This document shows, piece by piece, positions 22,955 to 36,049 of a DNA stretch of 64,000 nt. The DNA is from Azolla caroliniana (taxonomy: Eukaryota; Plantae; Polypodiophyta), in contig JBHGNT010000009.1 of the NCBI GenBank assembly GCA_043228905.1, positions 13,330,001-13,394,000 of the forward strand, in the 5' to 3' direction. The notes under the pieces were generated by a model. It was not told the DNA's origin. It searched no databases and was given only the letters and a program-made list of their open reading frames with translations. Positions within the stretch are counted from its first letter, which is position 1. Each line of letters starts with the position of its first letter. The position numbers and the translations under genes were made by a program.

Positions 22955-24997
22955 ATGGAAAATCAACCGGAGGCTAGCAACATGATGATGATGTTCGAGC
23001 GCATGCTACAAGAACAACGCGCGATGTCGGAGATAGCGGCATCAGTGGAGCGGCTCGTGCAACGAAACGGGCAATTCAACGGGAAAGACGTGTCGCGGTA
23101 TCTTCGGGACTACAAGGCGGAGATGCTACGGTGCGGAATATCGGAAGGACTGCAAGTGACGTCCTTCAACCGGGTGGCGACCGACGGGCTTCAAGCAAGT
23201 ATCCATGGGCTACGACAACAAAATCCGACATGGGAGGCGTTTGAAGTAGAGCTAAAGAGGACGTTCGCCATCGAGGATTCCTCCAAGGCGACGCGAAGGG
23301 GATTCGAAGATTGGGTGGAGACGCCGGACAAGGGATTGAAGGTCGTTGATGTGTTTTCGGCATTCGAAAGCCGGTTCGGGAGGTTGTCCGCGAGAGATCA
23401 AGCTATCCTCGTACCGGACAAGGTGATCATGTTCTTGCGAGCCGTGGACGTCCGGGACCGGAAAGATCTCGGAGTGCTCTTGGAGGACACGACCACGGAG
23501 AGCGGCCTCACCGAAACATGGGAAAGCGTGCGGGATATCGTCGCGCGATACACGAAGAGGGGGCAATGGCTTGCCGACGAGGAAAAGAGGGTTTCGGAAC
23601 CGATTCCGAAACCGAGAACCGGATTGGAAGACCATCAACTGAGGGCTCGAGAGACTACAACCGAGAAGGGGATTGATTCATCTACGGTGGAGCAACTATT
23701 GAAGGAGATGGAGAATCTGAAGATCGCGATGGTGAAGAAGTCGGATGACCACCCCACAAGCTCCAAGTATACGGACCAACGGTGCATATGGTGTGATAGC
23801 GCCGAACACGATCGGAGGGATTGCGACGAGCATAAGGAGGCGCTACGACGGGATCTCATCTACTACGAGGGAAACCGGATTCATTCGATGGACTCTCGGA
23901 AGCCACTCCGACCGAACTTCCGGAAAGGAGGCATGAAGAAGGTGCTCGAGGAGGAATTGGCGGCAAGAAGCAACTATGCGACAACCGCGGGAATATGTGT
24001 CGGGGAGTCATCGAGAGCAAAGACGTCTTTTTGGCCGGAAGTTCTAGAAAACACCGAGAAAACCGACTCCAACGAGATCCGAAGCACCGCGGAAGGCGCC
24101 CAGGAAGCTACGGGATGGGAGTGCCCTGTCGACAAGAATAGCGTATACGCCCTGTGTCAATTGCATAAGGTGTATGTGGACGAGAAACGACGACGCACGG
24201 AGGATGCGGCCGGGCCATCGAAGATACCGGAAAGTTGGAACTCCGGAGGTAAGGGAAAAGAAAAGGTGACTCCGGCATTCAAGCTCGCCTCGGACATAGA
24301 ACAACAAACCGACTTGAAAAGAGTGTTCGAGGAAAGAATCTTGGATAGCCGGGTAGATTTCTCGCTTCGGGAGCTACTCGGAATAGCAAAGAAGGAGTTC
24401 CACGATCTTCTCGTGGATCTCGTGAAACGAAAAAGACAAAGTACGGAGGAAAATGCTCCAAGGGTGAATGCGAACACCGTTTTAATGAACGATACCGAAG
24501 TGGAGGACGAAATTCCGAACTCCCACTATACAAGGCCACATTGGGCACGCGCGACTACGGAGACTCCGGTCCGAATCGGCAACATCAAAGAACCCGTGCT
24601 AGCATTGATTGATCACGGGTCGGAGATCAACTTGATGTCCAAGGAGTTCTACCGGAAGGGGAAGTGGCCTATTAACACCAACCATGGATGGAAGATTCGG
24701 GCGGCCACCAAAGCAACGGAAGATCTATTTGCGGCTTGTCCGGATGTGACGGTGAAGATCGGGGATGTCGAGATCGACCAAAATTTCTTCGTGCAAGATG
24801 AGGTTTCACATTCCGTCATCCTCGGCCAACCCTTTATCACGGCATCATGGATGGAGACGAAGGTGCTCGATAGCGGTGCGGCTTTTGCGCGAATTCGGAG
24901 CCAAAACGGTGGGAAATCCGTCCAATTCCTAACGGTGCCGGAAAATCACGAAAGGAACAAGAGGGAACTCTTGTCCCAAGTGAGAATGGATTTTTAA
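22955..24997 (+). CDS. Gag-protease of E
   Basis: 680-aa ORF with CIWCDSAEHDRRDC knuckle, LIDHGSEIN and ILGQPF protease motifs. Confidence 0.92.
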   Translation: MENQPEASNMMMMFERMLQEQRAMSEIAASVERLVQRNGQFNGKDVSRYLRDYKAEMLRCGISEGLQVTSFNRVATDGLQASIHGLRQQNPTWEAFEVELKRTFAIEDSSKATRRGFEDWVETPDKGLKVVDVFSAFESRFGRLSARDQAILVPDKVIMFLRAVDVRDRKDLGVLLEDTTTESGLTETWESVRDIVARYTKRGQWLADEEKRVSEPIPKPRTGLEDHQLRARETTTEKGIDSSTVEQLLKEMENLKIAMVKKSDDHPTSSKYTDQRCIWCDSAEHDRRDCDEHKEALRRDLIYYEGNRIHSMDSRKPLRPNFRKGGMKKVLEEELAARSNYATTAGICVGESSRAKTSFWPEVLENTEKTDSNEIRSTAEGAQEATGWECPVDKNSVYALCQLHKVYVDEKRRRTEDAAGPSKIPESWNSGGKGKEKVTPAFKLASDIEQQTDLKRVFEERILDSRVDFSLRELLGIAKKEFHDLLVDLVKRKRQSTEENAPRVNANTVLMNDTEVEDEIPNSHYTRPHWARATTETPVRIGNIKEPVLALIDHGSEINLMSKEFYRKGKWPINTNHGWKIRAATKATEDLFAACPDVTVKIGDVEIDQNFFVQDEVSHSVILGQPFITASWMETKVLDSGAAFARIRSQNGGKSVQFLTVPENHERNKRELLSQVRMDF

Positions 24998-27900
24998 AGC
25001 GGATTGTTGCGGAGTGGGGAAGTGATAGTCCGAGAAGCCCTGATACCCCACACAGGAAGAAAACTCTCGGAGCAAAACATGTACGAATCGGTCCGGGTGG
25101 GGCATCTACGTACATGACCGTAACCGGAGGATTGAAGAAAGGATACCGACAAGTGGAGGATAAGTTGTGGTCGGCATCAATAATAAAAGAAGATGAAGAA
25201 ATCGTGGGGATAGTCGAGGAAGTGTTCTATGGGAGCACGCTACAACGACTTGAAGAGCTTGCGGAAGATAAAAGCCAAGGGAACCGGGTAGTCCCGGTGG
25301 AATTGGTCGAGATGTACGAGATCATTGCGAAAATGGAGCCGGATACGCTCCGCAAAGAAGAAGCAATGGTAAGTACGAAATACAAGACCGTGGAGAAGAA
25401 GGTGAAACCGGCCGCGGGACCACTACCTGCCGATAGCGAACAAAAGAGGAAAGAAGTCTCGGGAGATCCGACACTTCGGAAGACCGTGGATATCGGACAT
25501 GCCTTCACGGATGAGACCCGGAAGAAACTTCGGATCGGTGGAGGTGGGTTCCTATTACAGAAAGAAGAAGAGCGGTTTCGCGAGATGTTGGAGCAACACG
25601 GCAAAGCGTTTGCATTTACATCAAGGGAGATAGGGTGCGTCGATCCGAGAATAGTGGAGCCGATGGTGATCTTTACGATTGACCATGTACCGTGGAATCT
25701 GAAGCCGATTCCGGTGCCACGAGCGCATATTCCGAAAGTCATTGACTTGCTCAAGGAGAAGGTGGCGATGGGGATTCTAGAGCCATCAACTGCTCCGTAC
25801 TCAAATCGATGGTTTACGGTTCCGAAGAAGAATGGGTCACTCCGATTTATCTAAGACTTGCAACCGGTGAATAAGGTCACGATCCGGAACTCGGGAGTCG
25901 GTCCGATAGTGGACGAATTTGCGGAAGCTTTTGCCGGTCGTGCGATATACTCCATCGGAGACCTATACTCGGGGTATGACCAATTCCAACTAGCCGTGGA
26001 GAGCCGAGACATCACAACCATGCGAACACCGATAGGATTGGTCCGAATGTGCACACTACCACAAGGAGCGACAAACTCGGTTGCTCATATGATGAACGCG
26101 ATGAACAAGGTGCTTCGAGACTGCATTCCGGAGATAACGATGCCGTTCCTCGATGACATTCCGATGAAAGGATGCGCGGTAGAAGAAAAAGATGAGACTA
26201 TGGATGATCGGGGATGCCGAAAGTTCGTGGTCGACCATATTCATGATTGCGAGAAAGTGTTGCGAAAGCTAGAAGATGTGCACCTAACACTTTCCGGGGA
26301 GAAATCGGCATTCGGGCAAGAAGAAATATTGGTGGTCGGACATCTATGTGGGCCCTACGGCCGAAGACCGTCACCAACAAAGATCGATGAGATTCAAGCT
26401 ATGGAGGAAGTATGCGAGTCAACATCCGAAGTCCGAAGGTTTCTCGGTGCATGTGCATTCTATCACATATGGATTCCGCACTATGCACATATAGCGGATC
26501 CGCTCTACCACTTGTTGCGGAAAGGTAAGAAATTCGAATGGAAACCGGAACACACCAAAGCCATGAAGAAATTGAAGAAGACACTTCGGAGGGCGGAAGC
26601 ATTTAAGAAACCGAGCTATGACCGACCGATCATAGTAACGGTTGATACAAGTCCAACCGGTATCGGGTGGGTCATCAACCAAGCCGACTCGGATGGTTTG
26701 CGGTATCCGATCCGATTCGGAGCAAAGGTTCTCAACGAAAGGCAACGTGGATATGCACAAGTCAAAAGAGAACTGTGGGGAGTCGTGTCGGCGATAAAAT
26801 CGGATCGGAATTATTTGATCGGAGCCGAAGTGGTGATTGAGACGGATTGTCTTTCGATACTCGGGATGATGCGGTGTTGTACGATACCAGATGTAGCTAT
26901 GCTAAGGTGGGTTGCATATGTCAAGTCGCTTAATCCGGAGGTTCGACACATCTCGGGGAAGGAAAACGCGGTAGCGGATATGTTATCAAGGGCTCGGTTC
27001 GGAGACGACATAACCGAATCGGATAATGAAGAAGTTTCCGAAGACTACTTCACGTCGGAGCACATATGCCGAGTGAACGTAATCCGAGAATTCCGGGAAG
27101 AAGAATACGAGGGAGAAAGCTTGATGATCGGAAAGATGTTACAAGAGGCCGAGGATTCAACAAACGATAAAGGAAGAAGAGCCGAGATCCGAAGGAAGAA
27201 GAGGCAAGTCCAAAAGTTCTTCTTGGAAAACGAATTAATATGGAGGGCGCCGAAAAGACCGGATGGTATACCACTTCGAGTAGTCGGGACAAAAGAGCAA
27301 CGAAACCGGATAATGTCCGAGTTTCACGAATCCGATTGGGCTGGACACCGAGGAACATGGGCAACATTTGTGAAGATCAAGCAAAAATATTGGTGGAAGA
27401 AAATGTACAAAGATATCGCGGAGTTTACCGAAAGCTGCGAGAAATGTCAAGTCTACTCCGGGGTTCGACATCGAGATGAGTTACATCCGACATTCTCACC
27501 GACAATCAACTTCAAGTGGATGGTCGACATAGTGGCCATGCCGACCGGGATCGGGCAAAAGAAATACTTGGTATTAGCTCGGGAAGATCTCACGAATCAA
27601 GTAGAAGGTCGAGCGCTTCAGAGGAAAACGTGTTCTGCGGTATGCCAATTTCTTTTGGAGGAAGTATTTTGCAGGTACGGGTGCGTAGGACAAGTGATTG
27701 CAGACCGGGGAGAACTCGACTCGGACAAAGCTAGGGGATTCTTCGCCAAACACGGAGTTCGGTTATCGCTGACAACGACATACAATCCGGAGGCCAACGG
27801 GAAAATCGAACGAGGACATAGTCCGATCGTAAAAGCACTTGCGAAGGCATGCGATGGAAAGGTGAAGGACTGGCCGCAGATGCTTCCGTATGCACTATGG

Positions 27901-28629
27901 GCGGATCGGACGACGCATAGCTCCATAACCGGTTACATGCCGGCAGAACTCATGACCGGACAAGCACCGGTAATGCCGACGGAAACCACGATCGCAACAT
28001 GGACAGTGCTACCGTGGAAGGAAGAGATGAGCCGGGAAGAACTACTAGCGGTCCGGATACGACAACTAGAAGGAAGACCGGCAGACATAGCGGAAGCAAT
28101 ACGCCGACAACAAGAAGCACGATTAAGGAACAAAAGCCGGTTCAACACAAAGCACCGACTACGACCGAGGAGGATTGAAGAAGGAGACTGGGTGATCGTC
28201 TATGGCAGTAGTTTGGACCATCAACATACAACGATGCGGAAATTCGCGAAAAGGTGGTTCGGGCCATACGAGGTTCGGAAAGTCTTCGACAACGGAACGT
28301 ACCGACTGTCCGAGTTGGATGGAACAATACTACGAGTGCCTATAGCCGGGAAGCGGGTGAAGATTTTCAAGAAGCGGACCGACGACAAACCCTATGTGAT
28401 CCAAGCCAAGGCCGACTACGAGGAGCAATCAGACGGAGACCACGGTGATGCGGGAAGGGAAGAAAGTGAATTACAACTCATAGTCGACATAAGGGGAGAA
28501 TCGGAGGAAGCTTTGGGTGAAGACGGATATGGGGAATTGAGAACTTTGGCACATACCGGAGGATGTGCGGGTTCGGAGGGGGCGAGTGTCGTAGTGTATT
28601 CCACACACTACGTGAAAACCATAAAATAA
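24988..28629 (+). pseudogene. Pol of E (RT-RNase H-integrase) in the -1 frame, with one TAA at 25852
   Basis: Frame open from the GGATTTT site; DLYSGYDQ, LPQGATNS, FLDD, VDTS, H..H..C..C, ADRG, NGKIE and WFGPY motifs. Confidence 0.92.
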
Positions 28630-29291
28630 TATATCCGAATTTAGATACATATAAATAAATAAATAATATATCAAAAGAATTTATCACGTGCATAGGGCAG
28701 GATTCGAACCATGCACCTCCACATAGATAAACCCCAACTTTACCATTGTAATAACTTATCTTTAGTGTTATACATATAGATTTAATACGTATAAGACCTT
28801 TATTTACACATACCTTTATTAAAAGGTAAAAATCATGTATTCTTTAGAGTGTGAATATTTTATTTACACGTGACATTAAAAGTGACTCATGCACATCTAG
28901 CGTGCACGAGCCCTATATTTAGGAAATGATAAAACATCACATGCACATTTAGTGTGCATGGGCACTTTAGGTGAAAAAGCATGAAGCCATGCTTAGCCTC
29001 TTCCATCTTTATATAAGGAGGAGAAAAATATGTATATGGTTGTTGATTAATATACAAGTTTTGATCAATCTAATATATTCGTGGGATTCATGAATTTTGC
29101 CATCTAAATTACTCTTATAATCTAAATATTGTTTTAATTACACTAAACTCGTGGGATTCACGAGGTTACTACCTTACTTCTCTTCCTATTATTCATAACT
29201 AGCCTTAAGTTGTATTCCTCTTCCTCCTAGTCCAAAACCTCGGCGGTTCCCACCCGACTCACGCAACGATCCGGAGCCGAAGGGCACGACA
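28587..29291 (+). repeat. 3' LTR of E
   Basis: Direct repeat of 22211-22915. Confidence 0.97.
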
Positions 29292-30759
29292 CCGTTAGCC
29301 CGTATCTCCTTTTCTCTGTCGGAGGATTGGCGTAGTTCTGCTCGAAGATGGTCAATTTCGGATTCCGCTAGCTGCACGACCCTTTTTGCTTTTGAGGCGA
29401 TGGCGGTCTGAGCCTCGATTTCTTCTTTGAGAGCGTTGATAACGTGGTTCGGTGGCGGGGTTTCGTGTTGCACAGTAGTCGTGTGAGCTTCCAACTCCGC
29501 GATGTGTGCGTTGGCCTTTTGTAGTTCGGCTTCCGTTAGTTTCACCTTCTTCCAGACATTCTTATTTTTTATGGCCATCTCCTTGGCGCCCGTGTTGACC
29601 TTTGCCAGTTCCCGATGGACTTCGACTAGGGCCATGTTTAAGGGTTGTATCTCCATCCCTACTCGCCGTACCCCGGCGTTCCTCTGTCTGCCGACCCTGG
29701 CTAGCCGGTCCTCATCGTCGCTCTCCGTTGTTTGCGTTAGGGCGCGCTCTATCATCTGACGTTCCGCATGCTCCTCGGCCATTCGTTGGGCGGCTTTGAC
29801 CTGTTGTGTTGCCAGGAACTCCATGAGCTCGAAAGAGGTACCGAACTGCAAGAGGGCGCTGAATTCGTGGGCCGTATCCGGAATATCCGGATATGCCAAA
29901 ACCTCGCTTTCCGCCGTCAATACGGCTTTCCCTCGTTGGGACTGAGTCGTAATAATCGGCCACGGCTCCCGGATGATTTCGAAGGTGGTATTCGGCTCTG
30001 CTGTTGCGGGGCCTTCGCCTGCGGTCGGTGCCTCCGGATCGGTGGGGGCGTTTTTTACCAACCCCCGCCCATCTTTTTTGTCCAATCTGCGCCGTTTTGG
30101 TCTAGGGCTTTCCCGCCGTGTTTCGGTGTCTGGTTCTGGGGCTGCTTCCATGGGGTGTCTCGGCTGTTCCTCCTGCGTCGCCCGTGTGTCCGGTTGGTCG
30201 GTAGGAGGTGTTGTCCTTGGGCCTGGTTGGGCCGGTTGGGGTTCCTCCTCCCACTCTGGGGTCACTAACTCCGCTAACCTGCGTTTCGCGGAGCGGGGCG
30301 GGGCCGTGGGTTCGCTGGGCTGTGGTGCTAGCAGGCCTCGGGGTGGAAACAGTACCGTAAGGTATTGTTGGATGATTGGCCTGAGCTTTTTGCCTGCTTG
30401 GTATGCATGCAAGACTTCCCTTAACGCCGGCCTTGTGATGACCCCCCAGTTGACTGTACGCCCTTCAAAGGTGTCGATAATGATGCCCTCCTTCTGTTTA
30501 GGCATCCCGTAAGCGTTGACATAGACGCAGCCGACTTCCAGTAGGAACTTGGCAACTTCACGGAAGAAGGGATCCGGAATCTGTTTTGTTCTATAGGCCT
30601 TGGCGGAGGGTGAATATGGGCCAAAATACCGCTGCAGGGCCTCTGTAAGAGGTATTTTGAAATGTCTTTCGCCTAGTGAGGATAGGTCTAACTTCTTTCG
30701 AATGGAAGAGTTGGTGACCGTGTCGATGTTAAGCCGCCTGGCGATGTCCATGGCATCCG

Positions 30760-33700
30760 GAAAGGTGGATTCCGTTTTTTCTGCAAATGTCGCTACTCGC
30801 CAGATGTTGGCGTCCGGAAAATCGTCGCCGTCTTTCTGTACTGTTTCTCCATTCTCAAGCCTGCTCAAAAAATCCGCCACTGCGTGTTGCATCCTTGGCC
30901 GGTGCTAAATTACGAACTCGAATTCCTGGAGCAGCAACATCCACCGCACCAATTTCCTTGTCAGGGTTTGTTTCTCCACTAAATACAATAATGCCGAATG
31001 ATCCACGTGGAACGTGAATTTCCTTCCTAGTAAATAATGTCGGAATTTATTGATGCTATAGATCATCCCTAGTGCCTCCCGCTCTGTTGTGGAAGAGTTA
31101 CGCTCTGCTGCTGACAATTTACGACTTGCGTAGTATACTGGCCTGTACCAGTTTGGTTCGGTGAGTTGCATTAGTGCGCTTCTTATTGCTATGTCCGGGG
31201 CGTCGACGAACACGTGGAATGGCTTCGCCCAAACTAGAGGTTGTACGACGGGGGCCTGTGTGAGCATTATCTTAAGTGCCTCATAGGCCTTATCCTCTGT
31301 TGCAGTCCATTGGAAAGGAGTCTGATGTACAGCAGTGTGTAGCGGCGTGGCGAAGTCCGCCAAATACCGTATCATCCGACTATGTCACCATATTTGGCCC
31401 AGAAACCGGCTAAGTGATTTGGCATTTGTCGGAGTTTTCGCTTGCGTAATAGCGTAGATCTTGTTTGGGTCGACTGCTATTCCTTCCTTGCTGACGATGT
31501 GGCCTAGGAGAGTCCCGTTGGTCACGCCGAAGGCACATTTCGCGGGATTCAGGCTTAAGCGTGCGGTGCGACAATGTTCCAGGCACAGACGTAAGTGCGA
31601 GAAATGGTCTTTTGTTCGCCCATATACCGCAAAATCATCTAGAAAGACTTGCATGAACGCCGGAATGTATTCCCCAAAGATCTCCGTAATCGTTCGTTGG
31701 AATGTTGCCGGCGCTGTCTTTAGCCCGAACATCATGACGACCGCAACATATACTCCCTAGTCCGTGACAAATGCCGTCTTCTCCTGGTCCTCGTGGTGCA
31801 TGCGTACTTGGTTATAGCCACTGAAGCCATCTAAGAAACTGTACATCTCATGGCCTGCGATGGCGTCCAACACTCTATCGGTGAAGGGTAAGGGAAATGC
31901 GTCCGTAATGGTTACGACGTTTAATTTCCGGTAATCCACGCATACCCGTATTTTGCCGTTTTTCTTTGGGACAACCACTATCGGGCTAAGCCATGTCGCT
32001 TGTTTCACTGGCCGTATGAACCCCACCCTCAACAGCTTGTCAATTTCTTCTTTCACGCGGGTCGCGTAATTGGGGTTCATGCGGTAGCGACGCTGCTGGA
32101 CAGGTTTCGCGTCCGTTGCTAAATTGATCTTATCCTGATAGAACTTGGGATCTAACCCCTTCATGTCCTCGTGAGCCCACGCGAACACATCTTTATATTC
32201 CGTGAGTAGTGCGATCATTGTGGTTCTCTGGTCCGGCCTCAATTCCTTTGCTATGGAGAGGAACCGGGGTTCCGATCCCGTACCCACATTCACATCGTCG
32301 AGAGCGGAAGCGGTGACTCGTCGTGAAATCTCCATTTCCCTTTCGAAGGCCGCCCGTGCTTTGCTGAGTTCCAATATGGACTCTGGGTTTGGTTCATACG
32401 GCTCTTCCCTCGGAACAATGGCCGTAGTATATTCTGTCGTAGTTGCGATGACATCTATCTCGAACAGCGGAATAATCCGAGGATGTTTGTCAAGGTATGC
32501 TTCCAATTCCGCATCCTCCACCCCAGCCAACATATTGATGTCTTCCGCATACAACGGTGTTATCCCCTTAGGTTGTGGCGTGTTGCCTTCTGTAGGTACA
32601 CGAACCTTGATGCGTCCATGCCGGAAACTGATACACTCGTGTTGCCAGCTCTGCTTGATATTTGCTATCCGAAGCCATGGTCTACCCAGAAGCATTGGGT
32701 ACACTCCTGGGGCGTCCAAAGCGAGGACGACCGCCGATATGTCGAAGCGGTGTCCGCCTACGATGATGCCTATTTTGCGAATTAGTCCCTATGGTCGCAC
32801 TGATCGGGTATCTGCCATGCGAAGCCAGAATGGACACGCCTCCCATTCGGAAATGCCCAACTGTTCGCAAGTTTTCGCGCTAATCAAATTGACGCCTGAA
32901 CCGCCGTCGATTACACATCCAAGAACTTCCTGTCCGTGCAATATTACTGTAATGGCTGGGTTGTGCTGATCCACCACTGGTGGTCCCTCGCTGACGTCCA
33001 TCAGGTTTGTGGTAACGCTCACCCCGGTCATGCCCGCCACTTGTGCTTCCATGGTCTGGCGGAAACGTGGAACTAGTTGTAGCAGTTTTTCCATAGTTAG
33101 CGTGATTTCACAGCCCGCTAACACCTGCCAAATGGGGTCCGGCCCCGGTTTTTCGTTCTCTGTTCGCTTCATTGCGTTTGCGGACTCCTGCCTCATACGT
33201 TCCGTATTGGTCGCGTTTGCTTTTGCCACCCAGGCTTGGGCTTGTCGTCGTACCTCGTCCTGCGCAGCCCAATCCGCCGTTTTCGTTTGCTGGCGTATTG
33301 TGACTTGTTGCACCTCCGCCGTAATCGTGTTGACGGCGGGCCCCTTTCCCTTGCGTGCTGGGCATTGCGTGGCATAGTGTCCGGGTTGCTGACAAATAAA
33401 ACAGTGGATGCTCGATTCTCCCTTCTTAGCCCCAGGTGGAGTGTGCCGTTCTCCGAGCGCTACTTGCTCTTCGCGGTCCGGCCTCGTTTGTCGGGACGTA
33501 CACGGTGGTTGCTGTTGGTCCTGTCGTTGTTCCTGGTGCCGCTCATCCCTCGAGCTTTCATCGTAACGCCGGTGATCCCTATATTGTCGAGGCTTACCCC
33601 GATAGCCATTGAAGCCTCCCCGTTTGTTTGTCGGGCGTTGATGTTCGTATCGCCGACCCCCTTTGGCGTAACTCGGATGTCCACGATAATCCTCGTCCTC

Positions 33701-34800
33701 CGGGTCCTCCTCCTTGGACTCGTGATTCCGGCGATTCCGGTTGTACCTGTCCTCCCGCGGGTTGCGATCGTTATACCGGGGTCAGTCTTCTTGCCTCCTT
33801 TGTTCCGCCTGGTGCGGTTGCCGCTGTGTGTCCATGCTGCGGACTGCGGGCGTGGCTCTGTTTAACATATTGTACTCGCATTGGTCGACTGTATGAACCT
33901 TCGAGTGGCAGATTGGGCAGTGGATTTGCATATTGCACTCCACCGCGGAATGCCCCGAGTTCAAGCAAATCGTGCACTTGATTGCCTGACGAAATTGGCG
34001 TTCCTCATCCTGAGGTAACGCTTGTCGTAAGGATGACATTGAAAACCTCTCCTCCTCGTTATCAAACTCGAGTTGTAACGCTCGTTCAATCACCATATCC
34101 ACCGTTTCCCCTTTCACGCTATGACTGTTGAGTGTTGCCCGGATGGGCCGGCGTAACGCTGCCAAAAATGTCTCCCGAGCCTCCTCCTCCGCGGGGCTTC
34201 GATCCAGTTTCTGTTGCAAATTTTGGAACCGTAAGCTGAAGTCTTCTATCGTCTCGATCGGTAGTTGCTTAATTGTATAAAACTGCCCGAGAATCTCGCG
34301 TTGTGGAACCCTCCGGTGGAAGAAACGCAAGAAGGCGGACTGCAGCTGATCGAAGGTTGTTATGGCTGGTAAATCCATCTGTGGATGCCAGAACGCCGCA
34401 CGCCCATCTAATGTTAATCCGAACTCCGTCATTTTCGACTGGTGTGCCACTGTCTCGGAAAGGTTCTGTGCCATGTGGTTCGCATTCCAAACGTTCAAGA
34501 ACATGTGAATATGAGTTGTGGCGTCGGTTTCGCCGTTAAAGCGGGGGTAGGCAAAGGCCATTGTGGGAGCTACGACGGATCGGAAAAGGTCACCGGGTGG
34601 CTACAGTAAGCGTGGTCCCCTCACCTCATCGAGGTATTTGGGGAGCAAGGAATCCCCTTTGCACTCCTGGCAGGTATTACTGAGGTCGCCGATGCGCGGC
34701 TTTTGCCGGGTGCGTTCTTCTGCCTGGCGTGTGACGGACCTTGTTATTGGCCGGTCTTGTCTTGTTGGTTCTCTGGGTCGTCAGCGGCTAAACATCCATT
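30760..34800 (-). pseudogene. Disrupted gag-PR-RT-RNase H of D
   Basis: ORF pieces 33782-34561, 32789-33313, 31757-32719, 31385-31735 and 30905-31375 are colinear with the C polyprotein; a deletion joins RNase H to the extra ORF near 30758. Confidence 0.9.
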
Positions 34801-34849
34801 CGTTGTTGCTCGGCTGTGAGGAAACACAGATCACCAAGCGTGCCAAAAG

Positions 34850-35288
34850 TGTTGCCTCTTAGGAACACGGTCCGTGGTCAGTCCTTCGACCTAGACCCCA
34901 AGGTGGGTGTGGAACAACGAACAGAGCTTAAGCGTATTGTGTAAGGAGAGAACCTCTGTGATTCCTCCGTGTGTACGGGGAGACGGCTACAACCAACTCC
35001 TTATCACAGGTTGCACTTACGTACTACTACGCTTACGTATCCGAGACACAGACACTGAATTAGTCGCAGCTATACACAGAAACTCAGAGAAGATAGTATT
35101 TTATTATCAGGCGTTCTTTTACATTTCCCAAAAATTACACGCACCTCCTTAAGAGGTTTTTTGCCCTTTATATATGCAGGGTCTAATTAGCCGTTCACGC
35201 TTCCCGCGTGAACCGTTACATACGTTACGCTTATATAGTTTCTTATTCCTAAGCTTTTGGTCGTCGGTTACTACTCCGGCGGACAACA
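34850..35288 (-). repeat. 5' LTR of D; PBS TGGCACGCTTGGTG at 34832-34845 (minus)
   Basis: TGTTG..CAACA ends; TATA on minus near 35167-35175. Confidence 0.85.
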
Positions 35289-35790
35289 CATGTAGATCTC
35301 TTCTTTGAGGTCACCGTGTAGGAATGCCGTCTTGACTTCTAGTTGCTCTACCTCAGGGTCGATGCTTGCCGCTATGCTCAACACCATCCGGATGGATGTC
35401 ATCTTCATTATTGGGGCAAAGATCTCATCGAAGTCCATTCCTTTCTTCTACCAGAAGCCCTTCACCACAATGTAGGCTTTGTATCTTGGTGGATTTCTGG
35501 CGTCTCCCGGTTTCAGCTTGTACACCCACTTGTTCCAGAGTGTTGTCTTTCCTTTAGGAAACTTCATCAATTCATATGTGTGGTTCTCATGGAGGGAATC
35601 CATCTCATCCTGCATGGCACTTAACCACTTGTGGTTGCGGGTGTCTTTCTTTACTTCTTCGAACCTTTCCAACTCCCCCTCGTCGGTCAGCAACACATGC
35701 TCTACATCCAGAAATCTCCGGGGGGCTCTTCTCTCCCTAAAAGGATATCATCTTCCTTGGTCGTTGGCCACCGGTTCCTCTATTTGTTCT
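35289..35790 (-). pseudogene. Ty1/copia RT fragment
   Basis: WLSAMQDEMDSLHENHTY...NKWVYKLK...KTAFLHGDL; same family as G and H. Confidence 0.88.
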
Positions 35791-35837
35791 CTTCTACGAT
35801 AAAACATAATATCAAGTAGAATATTTTAAAGCGGATA

Positions 35838-36040
35838 CCTATTACAAGCACACTTGTTATTATCACTATTAGGTATTTTAGCTATAAAAGATATAAAAGC
35901 CATAAAAGTTATTAAAGCTATAAAAACTATTTACCTATTACAACTATTAGAGTTGTTTTAGCTATAATAACTATTAGAGGTATTAGAGCTAAAAAAGCTA
36001 TTAAAAGCTATTAAAGCTATTAAATCTATTAAAGCTATTA
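35838..36040. repeat. AT-rich degenerate 9-10 bp tandem repeat (CTATTAAAG)
   Basis: Visible periodic ctattaaag / ctataaaag units. Confidence 0.7.
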
Positions 36041-36049
36041 TCCACAAAT

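Larger units (their letters stand above)
22211..29291 (+). mobile_element. Element E: full-length, young Ty3/gypsy element with tRNA-Trp PBS
   Basis: 705-bp LTRs, identical by eye; TSD CCGT (22207-22210 / 29292-29295); PBS; PPT GGAGGGGGCGAG at 28575-28586. Confidence 0.97.
21246..35288 (-). mobile_element. Element D: related Ty3/gypsy element, integrase deleted, interrupted by E, 3' end missing
   Basis: 5' LTR 34850-35288; gag/PR/RT/RH pieces at 30760-34800; extra ORF at 29296-30758 continues at 21246-22210. Confidence 0.9.

Noticed and set aside
29189-30892. 567-aa ORF as a novel fusion protein
   Set aside because: A chance chimera: an RNase H tail joined by deletion to the extra ORF, then reading into the E LTR.
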